Assembly: GCA_040220235.1 (NCBI GenBank)
Contig: JAVJTO010000006.1
Strand: one strand, 5' to 3'
DNA from: Coleofasciculus sp. B1-GNL1-01
GTDB taxonomy: Bacteria; Cyanobacteriota; Cyanobacteriia; Cyanobacteriales; Coleofasciculaceae
DNA length: 64,000 bases
A model generated the notes under the pieces. It made no database searches, was not told the DNA's origin, and worked only from the letters and a program-made list of their open reading frames with translations. Position 1 is the first letter of the stretch. Each line of letters starts with the position of its first letter. The translations under genes were made by a program, and so were the position numbers. This document shows, piece after piece, positions 28,296 through 38,792 of the stretch.

Positions 28296-31200
28296 TTATG
28301 TTTTCTCGATCAATGGTTTCTCAATGATCGCGTAACTCCGAATCTGCCAAGGCGCTATCCTCAAGGCTTGCAGTGTCGGTGATTCTGGAGACTGATCCAC
28401 AGGACGTTCTAACAAATCCACAGAACCTTCTATCGCCAAACCTAAATCACTATTGAATGAAACTTCCGCTTCCTCTCCCTGAGATTCATAACACCGCAGA
28501 ATCCAACGGTGGGGATTATCTTGCGATCGCTTGAACGCAATCACTACTAAATTTTCCGCTGATAACTCTAGCAAGGAACCCCTGGGGGGCAAGGAGTTAA
28601 TACCCTGATTCGCCCTGTCTTCCAGCCGGACAACTTGCAGGGGGAAATTTAACTCATACCCTCGCTGAACCGTTTTCGCGGCTTGCCAAGTTCCTGCATG
28701 AGGATAAAGGGCGTAAGTGAAGTGGTGAATTCCGCGATCGGCGTCGGGATGGGGCCACATTGGGCTTTTGAGTAGGGTTAATCGGAGTTGAGAGGGTTGG
28801 GCGTCATAGCCGTATTTACAATCATTCAGGAGACTCACGCCATAAGTTTCATCAGCCAAATCTGCCCAACGCAATGCTGGAACTTCCCATTTGGCTTGTT
28901 CGGCGGGGGTTTGGGGTTTTGTCGGGCGTTGAATTGCGCCGCAGGGAATTTCATAGGTGGCGTAGTCGGCTTCTAGGTTTAAGGGGAATGCGGCTTTGAC
29001 TAATACCTGGCGTTCCTGCCAATCTACGGTTGTGGCTATTTTAAGTAGGGGTGAATCTGATGTCAGGATGTAGTCTTGGCAAAACTGGGATTGTCCTAAT
29101 TGACGAATGACTTGGAGACGCGATCGCAGGTTTCCGCGTTCTAGCCATTGAATGGATTGTAGTTGGGTTGGTGGTAAGGGATGTTGATGGTAATTGGGGT
29201 CAATATTCCAGGCGTCCCAATATTGTCCTTTGTCTTCAAAGGCTTGCAGTTGATTCCCGGCACCGCTTAATATTTCTCGTTGGTTTTGTTTATCAAAAAT
29301 GCTGCTTAAGTCGCCTGTATTGGGATTGACGATAACTTTCAGGTAGTCATTTTCGAGGATAAATTCGTTGTTGGGTTGGGGATTGGGGTTGTCGTTTTCT
29401 GGGGGAGTGTCTGTGGGACAAAGCCAGACTATTTTATAGCCGATCGCGGGGATATCTTTTGCCAGAAATAGCAGATGGGTTTGATTCTTTGCTTCGTTTG
29501 TATGGAACCCGATTTGGCTGGGGATTTTTTCGCCGTTACTATCGTATAGTTGCCCGGATTGATTGTTGGTGATTTGGATTTGTTTTTTCAACGCAGAGGT
29601 TCGCAGAGGGAAGCGCAGAGGTAGCGCGAACGCGCCGCTATCGCTAACGCAGAGGGAGAGGGGAATGAGTTCTGAACGTTGCCAGTTGAGGGGGTTGAAA
29701 ATGATTAGGGGTTGGGCGTTGGGGTGAGGGGGTGAGGGGAGGGTGATTTGGGACGCGATCGCGTTTAGGGATTCGGCGATAATGGTTTGGGTTATTGTCT
29801 CGGTTTGTTGCCATTTTTGGTTGGCTTCAATGAAGACTTCGGGAATTGAGGTTCCGGGTAAGATGTCGTGGAATTGATTAAAGAGGACGTTTTTCCATGC
29901 GGTTTCTAGTTGAGTTTGAGGATAGTTTTTTTGGGTGATTAGGGTGGCGAGGGAGGCAAAGAGTTCGGCTTGATACAGTAATCCTTCACAGCGACGATTC
30001 CAGCGTTTTTGGTCAGCGTGGGTGGTATAACAGCCGCGATGGAGTTCTAGATAGAGTTCGTTATTCCAAATTGGATTAGGAATTGAATAGTTGTAGGGGC
30101 GGGTTTCACTATTATTGTTTTTTGTCCCCCTGATGTGACTAAACCCGCCCTCATCTCCTCTATCTTCCCTATCTCCCCTATCGCCTCTCTCTTCTAATTG
30201 ATTCTCAAGATTCTGCAAATATTTCAACGCGGTGGTAAATTCTATTTTTGGAAAAAAGGGAGACTGTTGCCAACGCTGGGCGACTTCTAGCATATCGCGA
30301 GTGGGACCACCGCCATGATCGCCTACACCAGGTAACCAAAATATATCCTTAATTTTGGTTTGGGTTTGCCACTTAATCCCATAATTGGTCATGGTAATTG
30401 GATTCGTGTCCATGACTCCAGTAATATTGGGTGGTGACATTAAACTGAGAATTTGAGTTCCATCCGGTGATTGCCACCAAAAGAGGTGATAGGGGAATTC
30501 AGTTGTGTCATTCCAATGCAGTTTTTGGGTGACAAAATAGTTGATTCCGCCTTGTTTTAAGAGTTGCGGTAATTGCCACGTAAAGCCAAAACTATCTGTA
30601 ACCCAGGCAACTTGACTAATTTGACCGAATTTTTCTTGGGTATAATGCTGACCATAAAGAATTTGGCGGACAATGGATTCACCGTCAATTAAGTTGAGTT
30701 CTGGTTCAACCCACATCCCACCAACTGTTTCCCATTTTCCGGCGATGACTTGCTGTTTTATTCGGCTAAATAAGTCGGGACGATTCTGTTCGATCCAGGC
30801 ATAAAGGGCAGGTGTTGTATGACAATAGGTTAAATTAGGAAAGTCTTGCTGTAAACTGAGAACTGATTCAAACGTTCGCACGGCAACATCCCAAGTTGCC
30901 TGAGTTGACCATAACCAAGCCATATCTAAATGGGCATGACCGAGTAAGTGGAATGTAGCGTTAGGGGTGAGGTTTTGGGATAGTAAAGTTTGGCGTAATT
31001 GAGTTAGCGATCGCGTAAACTGATCGGCATCAGATACCCTCTGCCAGTTAATCTCAGCTACAGCAGCAGCCAGTGTTTCTAATTGTTCCGGTGCAAAGGC
31101 GGTTAAATACTTCTGCAATACGGTTAATTCATCCGCCACAAATCCCGGATCAATCGAATTTGTTGATTCATAAATACAGCAAGACCGCATTAACCCGCCA

Positions 31201-31634
31201 ATATCATGACCTGGACTCACTAACCGTACCATTAAGGTAATGATTTCTCCAGGACTAACGGTTGAACTTAAAAGGATTCTTGCTGAAGAATCAAATAAGT
31301 CTCCTTCTTGGACTAACTCACCATTCACAAAAATTTTGGCATCTTCCGCCCACCAGGTTAGCGCTAGTCGTAAGGTTAGTCCGGCTAAAGGATAGTCTTG
31401 TAAATCATGAGGAATGATAAATTGTTGCCCGAACCACATTACTTGGCGTCCGGCTGACCAGATAATATAGCCTTTATCATTGAGTTCAACACTTGACCCG
31501 TTTACCAAAATATGGTTACTTATCTCCTCCAGAGGCAGATCTTCAGACCACAGTTTCCAATTAGTCTGCACATTCACCTGAGTTAAGGCGCGGAGTTTGG
31601 CAATAGAGTCAGAAAGGGAGGGTAAGGAAGACAT
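28296..31634 (-). CDS. Alpha-mannosidase, glycoside hydrolase family 38
   Basis: GHAHLDMAWLW, DSFG, GVGDHGGGPT, ELYLELHRGCYTTHA, NQFHDILPG. Confidence 0.95.
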   Translation of the reverse strand: MSSLPSLSDSIAKLRALTQVNVQTNWKLWSEDLPLEEISNHILVNGSSVELNDKGYIIWSAGRQVMWFGQQFIIPHDLQDYPLAGLTLRLALTWWAEDAKIFVNGELVQEGDLFDSSARILLSSTVSPGEIITLMVRLVSPGHDIGGLMRSCCIYESTNSIDPGFVADELTVLQKYLTAFAPEQLETLAAAVAEINWQRVSDADQFTRSLTQLRQTLLSQNLTPNATFHLLGHAHLDMAWLWSTQATWDVAVRTFESVLSLQQDFPNLTYCHTTPALYAWIEQNRPDLFSRIKQQVIAGKWETVGGMWVEPELNLIDGESIVRQILYGQHYTQEKFGQISQVAWVTDSFGFTWQLPQLLKQGGINYFVTQKLHWNDTTEFPYHLFWWQSPDGTQILSLMSPPNITGVMDTNPITMTNYGIKWQTQTKIKDIFWLPGVGDHGGGPTRDMLEVAQRWQQSPFFPKIEFTTALKYLQNLENQLEERGDRGDREDRGDEGGFSHIRGTKNNNSETRPYNYSIPNPIWNNELYLELHRGCYTTHADQKRWNRRCEGLLYQAELFASLATLITQKNYPQTQLETAWKNVLFNQFHDILPGTSIPEVFIEANQKWQQTETITQTIIAESLNAIASQITLPSPPHPNAQPLIIFNPLNWQRSELIPLSLCVSDSGAFALPLRFPLRTSALKKQIQITNNQSGQLYDSNGEKIPSQIGFHTNEAKNQTHLLFLAKDIPAIGYKIVWLCPTDTPPENDNPNPQPNNEFILENDYLKVIVNPNTGDLSSIFDKQNQREILSGAGNQLQAFEDKGQYWDAWNIDPNYHQHPLPPTQLQSIQWLERGNLRSRLQVIRQLGQSQFCQDYILTSDSPLLKIATTVDWQERQVLVKAAFPLNLEADYATYEIPCGAIQRPTKPQTPAEQAKWEVPALRWADLADETYGVSLLNDCKYGYDAQPSQLRLTLLKSPMWPHPDADRGIHHFTYALYPHAGTWQAAKTVQRGYELNFPLQVVRLEDRANQGINSLPPRGSLLELSAENLVVIAFKRSQDNPHRWILRCYESQGEEAEVSFNSDLGLAIEGSVDLLERPVDQSPESPTLQALRIAPWQIRSYAIIEKPLIEKT
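30093..30192. repeat. REP-like palindrome plus 9-bp repeats, in frame inside the mannosidase
   Basis: GTAGGGGCGGGTTT...GATGTGACTAAACCCGCCC (similar to intergenic 36416-36475) followed by (tatctcccc)-like units, encoding ERGDRGDREDRGDEGGFSHIRGTKNNNSETRPY. Confidence 0.85.
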
Positions 31635-31947
31635 AGTAATGAATGATAAAAATGAATAGTTAACAATCAGAATTACGAAAACATCTGTCGCATTAATCCG
31701 TCTGGGGTGGAAACCTAAGAAAGCAAGCGTTTAAGTACGCTTTAGTTTACTACAGTAAAGACATTGAACCCGTTTTAACGGGTTTTAGCTTTGACGCGGA
31801 AATTTATTTCCCGGCTAGACTAAATTAAGGGTGTATGGTGGGTGATGCCAACGTTTATGGCGCTAAAGCGCAACTACGAACATTCGCGAAGAAAGCGATA
31901 GAGTATGGAATAATAAGTAAGTCATCGCTGCTTCTGCTTGCATCACC

Positions 31948-33864
31948 ATGTCTGCTTCTACCCCAGGTCGCTACCGCAGCCGATTGTTCAATCTTATCAA
32001 TCACCATTCTCGCCGACTCATCGATCGCGGTGAACGGGCGATCCGACATCTGAAAGTCGCGGCTGTTTGGGGAACGCAAATTCTCCTCTATCCTATCTAT
32101 ATGGTTGTCCAAGCCAGTCTCACGGCTGGGCGTCAGCTTTCGGCAGAGGCAAAAGCGGGATGGATTCGATTAAAAGCTTTGACCCACTCCCAACCGCCAG
32201 AACAACCGCCTGCTGTTGATACGCCGATTCAACGGGTTCTTAATTCGACTGGGCGGTTGAAACCGCAGCTACACAAACAAAACCTGCCTACGCAGGTTTC
32301 CCAATCCCCACGGGTAGAAATTCAAGGCGTAGCCAGTCTCCTCGCCACCCGAACCCTAGTTCTGGTTTCCGTCGCTAATGAAATTCTGGATATCCTCACC
32401 CCAGAACAACAGCAAAAACTGGCGGCGAGAATAAGCTGGGAACTGGCTACCCTTTATCGTCAGTGGCGCTTAGTTGATAATTTAAAGGTTTCCTGGGTAC
32501 ACCGCCAACTCAGTCACTTGGCTAAACCGTCTCTGTTTCTCCCCTTAAGACTATTTTGGCAACTCATGGCATGGGTGCAAACCAGTCCGGTTGCGATCGC
32601 GATTAATCTTTTCGGTGAGTCTACCTTATCAGACTATCAGGAACCCATGCCTGCGATCGCATCTCCCACCGAAATCCCCCAAAGCTTTGCCTATTCCTGG
32701 CTGCAACAATTCGCACCGGGGGGAACATTAGCCGCGATCGATGACACCATTGCCCAATGGGAATCGCACCCGTTACAGACATCAAATCACGTTGCGATCG
32801 CACTCCGTCACCGCAGCCAAACTCTACTGCAAACCTTCAAAACCTCGTTCATCACTCCTCGACAATCCACTGATCCAACCCAGACATCAGCATCTCACTC
32901 CTTTTGGCTGGTAGGATTAATTTACGCCGCGATCGACTACTTTTTTGGTCAGCGTAGTTCTCACCCATTCCATCACCAAGACACAACCTCAGTTAATCCT
33001 ACTGAGGACATTAATCAACGATTCGCTAATTCAACAAGTTTCGTCACCCTTCCTGGGGCAGAATTCACGTATAAAACTGAACCTGATCCATGGTTAACCT
33101 GGGATGATTTATTTGGGTGTCCAAACCCCACGTTCACACCAAATTCTGCTGTCACTAACTTTATTAGCTTGAAGGGAAACGTTACCCCAACGTTACCCCA
33201 ACTTTCCCCAGGATTTACAGTCAAAAAAATGACTATCCGGAACAACGCTATTGGTGCTATTCTCCAGCGTTTTGGTTTCTATAAACAAGCTGAAACCCTA
33301 CGGATAAGCGATCAAGAACACCCCAAGGCACAACAAAAATTTGTTAACTTTAGACAGAGTATTCAATCTAAATTACTACGTTGGATTCCTCTCCTGAACC
33401 TAACCGAAAACGTCGATCAAAACCACAACCAAGTTACTCACACCCAAACGCAAATAGTTAAGTCTTTCCCTCCACTGTTATATCCAATAGCATTAAAAAT
33501 TTCAGGACTTTCTACATTAGAAAATAACTTAAAATCTGGAACAGTAGTCAAGGTATTTCCGGCGACCTTATCAGAGCAAAGTTCGACAAGTTTACCTGAG
33601 CCTTTCCCCTCCTATTCATCTTTGCCGTTATCTTTTCATTCTGCCTTACCTTCACCATCCGAACAACCCATTTCCTATTCCCAAAACCATGATATCGAAC
33701 CTGCGCCCGACTGGATTGAAACGGAGGCAATTGCCACAGGATATGTTAAACACCCCTTAGAAGAAATCCTAGAATGGTTGGATGTGGGTATGCTTTTGCT
33801 GGAGGAGGTAACGATTAAAGCTTGGCAATGGATGCGACAATTTTTTACCAAGGACAATGCATGA
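31948..33864 (+). CDS. Hypothetical protein (cyanobacterial)
   Basis: 638-aa ORF with ordered ends (YRSRLFN..., WIETEA...GYVKHPLE.ILEWLD) and a low-complexity middle. Confidence 0.75.
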   Translation: MSASTPGRYRSRLFNLINHHSRRLIDRGERAIRHLKVAAVWGTQILLYPIYMVVQASLTAGRQLSAEAKAGWIRLKALTHSQPPEQPPAVDTPIQRVLNSTGRLKPQLHKQNLPTQVSQSPRVEIQGVASLLATRTLVLVSVANEILDILTPEQQQKLAARISWELATLYRQWRLVDNLKVSWVHRQLSHLAKPSLFLPLRLFWQLMAWVQTSPVAIAINLFGESTLSDYQEPMPAIASPTEIPQSFAYSWLQQFAPGGTLAAIDDTIAQWESHPLQTSNHVAIALRHRSQTLLQTFKTSFITPRQSTDPTQTSASHSFWLVGLIYAAIDYFFGQRSSHPFHHQDTTSVNPTEDINQRFANSTSFVTLPGAEFTYKTEPDPWLTWDDLFGCPNPTFTPNSAVTNFISLKGNVTPTLPQLSPGFTVKKMTIRNNAIGAILQRFGFYKQAETLRISDQEHPKAQQKFVNFRQSIQSKLLRWIPLLNLTENVDQNHNQVTHTQTQIVKSFPPLLYPIALKISGLSTLENNLKSGTVVKVFPATLSEQSSTSLPEPFPSYSSLPLSFHSALPSPSEQPISYSQNHDIEPAPDWIETEAIATGYVKHPLEEILEWLDVGMLLLEEVTIKAWQWMRQFFTKDNA

Positions 33865-33946
33865 TATTAAGTTAGGTTGAAGGTAGTGGAGGAGATGGGG
33901 TGATGGGCGAGTCATGTTCCAGATATGGTGCAAGAAGTGTCTGTGT

Positions 33947-34134
33947 GTAGGGGCGGGTTTAGGGATTAATATTGAATGTTAAGCTGTCATGCATTTAAAT
34001 TGGGTATTAGTAGCGAGCAAGATGCAAAGCCTGCGGCATGGCTTCGCTAAACGCACTACAAGGATTGCGCCATTATTGATATTAAGGTTTAAATGCCGAA
34101 CAGCTTATCCCTAGCTTAGCTGCAAAACCCGCCC
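33947..34134. repeat. REP-like element interrupted by a MITE
   Basis: The left arm GTAGGGGCGGGTTT and right arm AAAACCCGCCC are separated by the 124-bp insertion. Confidence 0.8.
33982..34105. mobile_element. 124-bp MITE with ~18-bp imperfect terminal inverted repeats and flanking TA
   Basis: TA|AGCTGTCATGCATTTAAA...TTTAAATGCCGAACAGCT|TA. A second full copy is at 41007-41129. Confidence 0.85.
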
Positions 34135-34137
34135 GAC

Positions 34138-34264
34138 CAAATGACAAATGACGAATGACAAATGACAAATGACAAATGACAAATGACAAATGACGAATGA
34201 CAAATGACAAATGACAAATGACAAATGACAAATGACAAATGACAAATGACAAATGACAAATGAC
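34138..34264. repeat. Heptamer tandem repeat (CAAATGA)n, about 18 units
   Basis: Directly visible; it ends about 5 bp before the TrkH-type start codon. Confidence 0.95.
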
Positions 34265-34269
34265 GACTT

Positions 34270-35604
34270 ATGACTATCCCGCGCACCATTTGCCTCGGAT
34301 TCTTAGCCATGATTACTGTAGGCACATTTCTGTTAATTCTACCGTTCTCGACTCAGGATGGAACGTGGACTGATCCAATTACTGCCTTATTTACCGCAAC
34401 CTCGGCTGTCTGTGTCACAGGTTTAGCTGTAGTCGATACAGGCAGTTATTTTTCGGGTGTCGGTCAGTTTTTTGTCCTTGCCTTATTCCAGCTTGGGGGA
34501 TTAGGCTATATGACAACCACGACCTTTATGTTACTCTTGGTGCGTCGGAAGTTTAACTTACGCCATAAAATAGCAATTCAACAAGCGTTTGATCGTCCAG
34601 GCTTAGAAAAAAGTTCGTTTGTTATTCGCTCAATTATTGCCACAGCATTAATTTTTGAATTAACTGGGTTTTTCCTGTTATTGCTCGTATTTGTTCCCGA
34701 TCAAGGCTGGGATAAAGGATTGTGGTTGTCTATTTTTCACAGTATTAGCGCTTGGAATAATGCGGGATTTAGTTTGTTTTCCGATAGTTTAATGGGCTAT
34801 CAGTCCTCTGTTTGGTTACTTGTGATTATTTCAGGACTGATTGTCTTGGGTGGAATTGGTCAACCTGTGCTTTTTGAACTGTATCTCTGGTTACGCGATA
34901 TCTTCAAGTATAAACGGGAAAAACTCACCTTTTCTCTGAATTTTAAAGTGGTAACCAGTACAACGCTATTCCTATTAATTTTAGGAACAATCGCCTTCTT
35001 CTTTGTCGAAGTAAATAACCCGAATATTTTAGGGAATTTAAGTTTCCGGGATAAGCTTTTAAGCGCATGGTTTCAGTCGGTGACGACAAGAACGGCAGGA
35101 TTTAACACCATTGATATTAGTCAAATGACAGCAGCGGGTTTATTTATGACAATTGCCTTCATGTTTATCGGTGCCAGTCCAGGCGGAACCGGGGGCGGGA
35201 TGAAAACGACAACGTTTCGGGTGTTGGCGAGTTGTACGAAGGCGATTTTACAAGGAAAAGAGGAAGTTTATCTGTACAGACGTCAGGTTCCGCTCAACCT
35301 TATCTTAAAAGCCACGGCGGTTCTGGTTGGTTCCGTCACCACTGTCATTTTTTTGACCATTTTAATCGCGATCACCGATCCCCATATTCCATTTATCCAA
35401 CTCCTATTTGAAGTTGTATCCGCTTTCGCTACAGTTGGACTTTCAACGGGGATTACCGCCAGTCTCTCGGCGTTGGGAAAACTGATTTTAGTGGCAACCA
35501 TGTTTATCGGGCGGGTAGGAATTATAGCATTTATGGCAACCCTCCTGGGAGATCCGCGTCCTAGCCATGTTCGTTATCCGGAAGAAAATCTACTCGTAGG
35601 ATAA
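34270..35604 (+). CDS. ktrB: TrkH/KtrB family potassium uptake membrane subunit
   Basis: ALFTATSAVCVTGL, SAWNNAGF, VTTRTAGFN, PGGTGGGMK, EVVSAFATVGLSTG. Confidence 0.92.
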   Translation: MTIPRTICLGFLAMITVGTFLLILPFSTQDGTWTDPITALFTATSAVCVTGLAVVDTGSYFSGVGQFFVLALFQLGGLGYMTTTTFMLLLVRRKFNLRHKIAIQQAFDRPGLEKSSFVIRSIIATALIFELTGFFLLLLVFVPDQGWDKGLWLSIFHSISAWNNAGFSLFSDSLMGYQSSVWLLVIISGLIVLGGIGQPVLFELYLWLRDIFKYKREKLTFSLNFKVVTSTTLFLLILGTIAFFFVEVNNPNILGNLSFRDKLLSAWFQSVTTRTAGFNTIDISQMTAAGLFMTIAFMFIGASPGGTGGGMKTTTFRVLASCTKAILQGKEEVYLYRRQVPLNLILKATAVLVGSVTTVIFLTILIAITDPHIPFIQLLFEVVSAFATVGLSTGITASLSALGKLILVATMFIGRVGIIAFMATLLGDPRPSHVRYPEENLLVG

Positions 35605-35665
35605 TGCTAATCTAATGGGTGTAGGGTTATGATCAATAATATTTAATTTAGGAAAGGACAAGGGT

Positions 35666-36361
35666 GTGAGTTGGTCATCTATAGGATTCTGGCGGAACCT
35701 GCATCGCGAAAATAAGCAATTTGCTGTCATTGGTTTAGGGCGTTTTGGTCGAGGCGTTTGCTCATCCCTACACCATCTTGGACATGAAGTTTTAGGAACA
35801 GATATTAATGAAAAACTGGTTAGTCAAGTCTTGACCGATCAAATCGCCGCCCATGCGATTCAACTCGACTCCACCGATCCCAAAGCTTTGAAAGAGGCGG
35901 GAATTTTTGAATTTGATACGGTGATTATTGCGATTGGCAACTATTTACAGGAAAGTATTATTACCACGCTCAATATTAAGGAAGCTGGTGTCCCATACGT
36001 GGTGGCTAAAGCGTCTTCAGAAGTTCATGGTAAATTGTTAGAACGGGTTGGTGCGGATCGAGTGGTTTATCCGGAATATGAAGCGGGTTGTGCTTTGGCG
36101 CGATCGCTAACTCAGCCGTCTATTTTAGATCGCTTTGAGTTAGACCCGAATCACAGTATTGTCGAGATATCAGTTCCCGAAGACTTTAATGGCAAAACCG
36201 TGATGGAACTGCAACTGCGGAATCGTTATGGCTTAAACTTGTTGGCAGTTGGTCAAGATGATCAGTTTGAGATTAATCCCGCCCCTACAACTCGCCTGTT
36301 TAAAGGGTTTGCCATGGTGGTGATTGGTTCCAATCGAGATATTGAGCGTTTGCCTATTTAA
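35666..36361 (+). CDS. ktrA: TrkA/KtrA family RCK regulatory subunit
   Basis: FAVIGLGRFG NAD-binding motif, GADRVVYPE, and a TrkA-C domain. Confidence 0.92.
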   Translation: MSWSSIGFWRNLHRENKQFAVIGLGRFGRGVCSSLHHLGHEVLGTDINEKLVSQVLTDQIAAHAIQLDSTDPKALKEAGIFEFDTVIIAIGNYLQESIITTLNIKEAGVPYVVAKASSEVHGKLLERVGADRVVYPEYEAGCALARSLTQPSILDRFELDPNHSIVEISVPEDFNGKTVMELQLRNRYGLNLLAVGQDDQFEINPAPTTRLFKGFAMVVIGSNRDIERLPI

Positions 36362-36415
36362 GGAACAGTTATCAGTTATCAGTTATCAGTTACCAGGGAA
36401 CCTAGGAGAGGCAAT

Positions 36416-36542
36416 GTAGGGGCGGGTTTGACTATTATCCTTTCTTCCTTCACCCAGATGTGACTAAACCCGCCCTGATCGGTGTAGGTATCATTTTCAA
36501 CAGGGCGGTTGACACCGCAACTAAACAAACTAAACCCGCCCC
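36416..36542. repeat. Tandem REP-like palindromes between convergent genes
   Basis: GTAGGGGCGGGTTT...AAACCCGCCC, then AGGGCGGTT...AAACCCGCCCC. Preceded by a (CAGTTAT)n heptamer at 36366-36395. Confidence 0.8.
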
Positions 36543-36570
36543 GATTCCCCTATCTTTCATCATTAATAAT

Positions 36571-37302
36571 TCATAACACCTGAATTTCATCCAATTGTGC
36601 GATCGCGACATCTGCATCGGGGAAATTAACCGATGTTCCCCAGCTAATCCCAATACAACCCGCCGCACCCGCACGACTTGCCATCGCCATGTCTCCGGCT
36701 GAATCTCCCACCATCAGCGTTGCACTCACCGAAACGCCCAAACGTTCACAGGCTTGCAGAAATAACGCTGGATCAGGTTTACTAAGGTCTGTATCAACCC
36801 CTTGTTGTAATTGAATATAAGGCTCTAACTGGTGACGTTTGACAAAGGCTTGCACTCCTGCTGTGGAAGCCGCCGACAGAATTCCTAATTTTAAACCCGC
36901 TTCAGACAGGGATTTGAGGACATCTAAACTCCCTGCAAATAACGGAGAAGTTCCCGCTGCATCCTTGAGATATTGCTCCGCTTCCGCAAAGGCATTACGG
37001 GCAATCTCTAGGGATTCTAACCAACCGCGCCCCGTTTCCGCAATATAAGCCGCTGCTGCGATTTCACTTTCTCGACGGCTACCCACCGCCATCAATCCTG
37101 TCGGATCAAGGCTATCATCCTGAATCCCAAACGCCATCAGCAAGGGTTCACCCACACCAGGAATTTGAGCATCAATCAAGCGCGATCGCTTATAGGCTAA
37201 TTCTCGCAAAAAGGCTTGTGAGTCTTCTAACGTTCCATCTTTATCAAAAATGATCGCTTCTATATTCGGGAAAGTCACCTCCCGACAGCGAATAGTTACC
37301 AA
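36571..37302 (-). CDS. HAD-superfamily hydrolase
   Basis: IIFDKDGTL, KPDP, MVGDS..D motifs. Confidence 0.92.
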   Translation of the reverse strand: MVTIRCREVTFPNIEAIIFDKDGTLEDSQAFLRELAYKRSRLIDAQIPGVGEPLLMAFGIQDDSLDPTGLMAVGSRRESEIAAAAYIAETGRGWLESLEIARNAFAEAEQYLKDAAGTSPLFAGSLDVLKSLSEAGLKLGILSAASTAGVQAFVKRHQLEPYIQLQQGVDTDLSKPDPALFLQACERLGVSVSATLMVGDSAGDMAMASRAGAAGCIGISWGTSVNFPDADVAIAQLDEIQVL

Positions 37303-37393
37303 GGGTTACACTCCTAGAACACGGCGCATCAGCTATTAGAGATTATCTTCCCATGTTGCTGATCATTCGTACAGGAGTGCAGGGAGTACAGGT

Positions 37394-37798
37394 GTAGGGG
37401 CGGGTTTTACCGATAACATTTTGCCACAAACCAATAACGTGACTAAACCCGCCCTTGGGAAAACATGGGGAGTTACAGCGCTTTGCACTTTAATAAAGTA
37501 CGGTAGATCAAAGTCCCCCTTCAGATCCCCCTCCCGTCCCCCTTTTCGATCCCCCTCCCGTCCCCCTTCAAAAGGGGGAAGCCAAAGGATGCTTCGCTTT
37601 TTGTTCCATGGGGAAGCCAAAGGATGCTTCGCTTTTTGTTCCATGGGGAAGCCAGAGGATGCTTCGCTTTTTTTGCTTATGGGATTTAGGGGGATCTGAC
37701 AATGTACCGCATAGCAGAGCAAACTGCTGTAGTCAGGGCGGGTTTTGCACAAACGTTACCATCAATAGTGACAAGAAAATCCCTAAACCCGCCCCTAC
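37394..37798. repeat. Cluster of REP-like elements and short duplications
   Basis: REP copies at 37394-37454 and 37735-37798; gatccccctcccgtcccccttt/c twice; ggggaagccaaaggatgcttcgcttttt three times. Confidence 0.8.
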
Positions 37799-38067
37799 AA
37801 ACCAGGACTCTTGAGCCAAGCAAAGAGTCTTCCCAGATGTTTAATAGAACATGAAACTGTTTAAGTCTGTCGCAGGCGTTTCTTGATTCACTTGGACGGC
37901 TGGAGACATTGAGGATGTCGGCGTTAAAATTGCTGTGCCTAATAAAGTTAAAAACCCCACAAATCCTACTAATAATAGTTTAGTGGCTTTGGCGTTCGAT
38001 GTTCCTTTAGGTGATTTTGCTCATGACGCCCAAACCTTTACTGTTGCCTTGCTTACTCCCTTCTGCC

Positions 38068-38646
38068 TTATGCCGTCTTGTACCCCCCAGCATAAGTAAT
38101 GACACACATATTTTGATACTGAATATGATAGCCAAAGGCTACACCTGCAACTTGAAAGGCTGAATTAAAGATATTGTTTCGATGACCGCGATCGCGCACC
38201 CCATCATCGATAATTAATTGCATGATAATGTCATCCGCCCGCGCCACGCCGTAAGTAATATTTTCACCCGCCGTGATCTGCCAACGCCCATACCGATTCA
38301 GACGGATAAAAGGAGTGCTGCGATCGCCACCAATATGCCCAATGTTTCCCGTTTCTCCTTGATCACGAACATGATCCCTCGCTGCTTGTGACATCCCCAG
38401 CGATAGTTTTAACGGCGATAAGGGACGAGTGGATTGGAGAAAATCAATCGCCTCATCAACCGCATTGACACCTTCAATGGTACGTAAAAACACTTGTTGA
38501 GAAAGTTTGACTTGGTTCCCCGAAAACCGCTGTTTCCAGTTATCTAAAAGCGGAATATAAGACATGGGCTGAGTTCGCACTTTATTCGTTTCCTCAATCA
38601 CTCTCAATTCCAATGGCGAGAGAATAATTATCTGTGCTGAATTCAT
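38068..38646 (-). CDS. CAP/SCP domain protein
   Basis: AARDHVRD...[33 protein letters not shown]. Start taken as MNSAQ. Confidence 0.88.
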   Translation of the reverse strand: MNSAQIIILSPLELRVIEETNKVRTQPMSYIPLLDNWKQRFSGNQVKLSQQVFLRTIEGVNAVDEAIDFLQSTRPLSPLKLSLGMSQAARDHVRDQGETGNIGHIGGDRSTPFIRLNRYGRWQITAGENITYGVARADDIIMQLIIDDGVRDRGHRNNIFNSAFQVAGVAFGYHIQYQNMCVITYAGGYKTA

Positions 38647-38792
38647 GATTGATCCTTGGGTGTGGGATATCACATAATTACAATAGACGTATTGGGTTCT
38701 GGAAAAACGGCTCACGGAAGCTACCCTATCCCTGCTGTCGCCCAGAACATTGATATGTACTCGCCCATTACCAATTTCTCAGGAACAACGCC

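Noticed and set aside
34116..34325. 69-aa ORF with (HLSFVIC)n
   Set aside because: Antisense translation of the heptamer tract.
36276..36292. CCCGCCCCTAC within ktrA resembling a REP arm
   Set aside because: A single short arm with no partner and no evident insertion; may be chance.
37363..37814. Several short ORFs in the HAD-CAP gap
   Set aside because: Composed of REP elements and short duplications.
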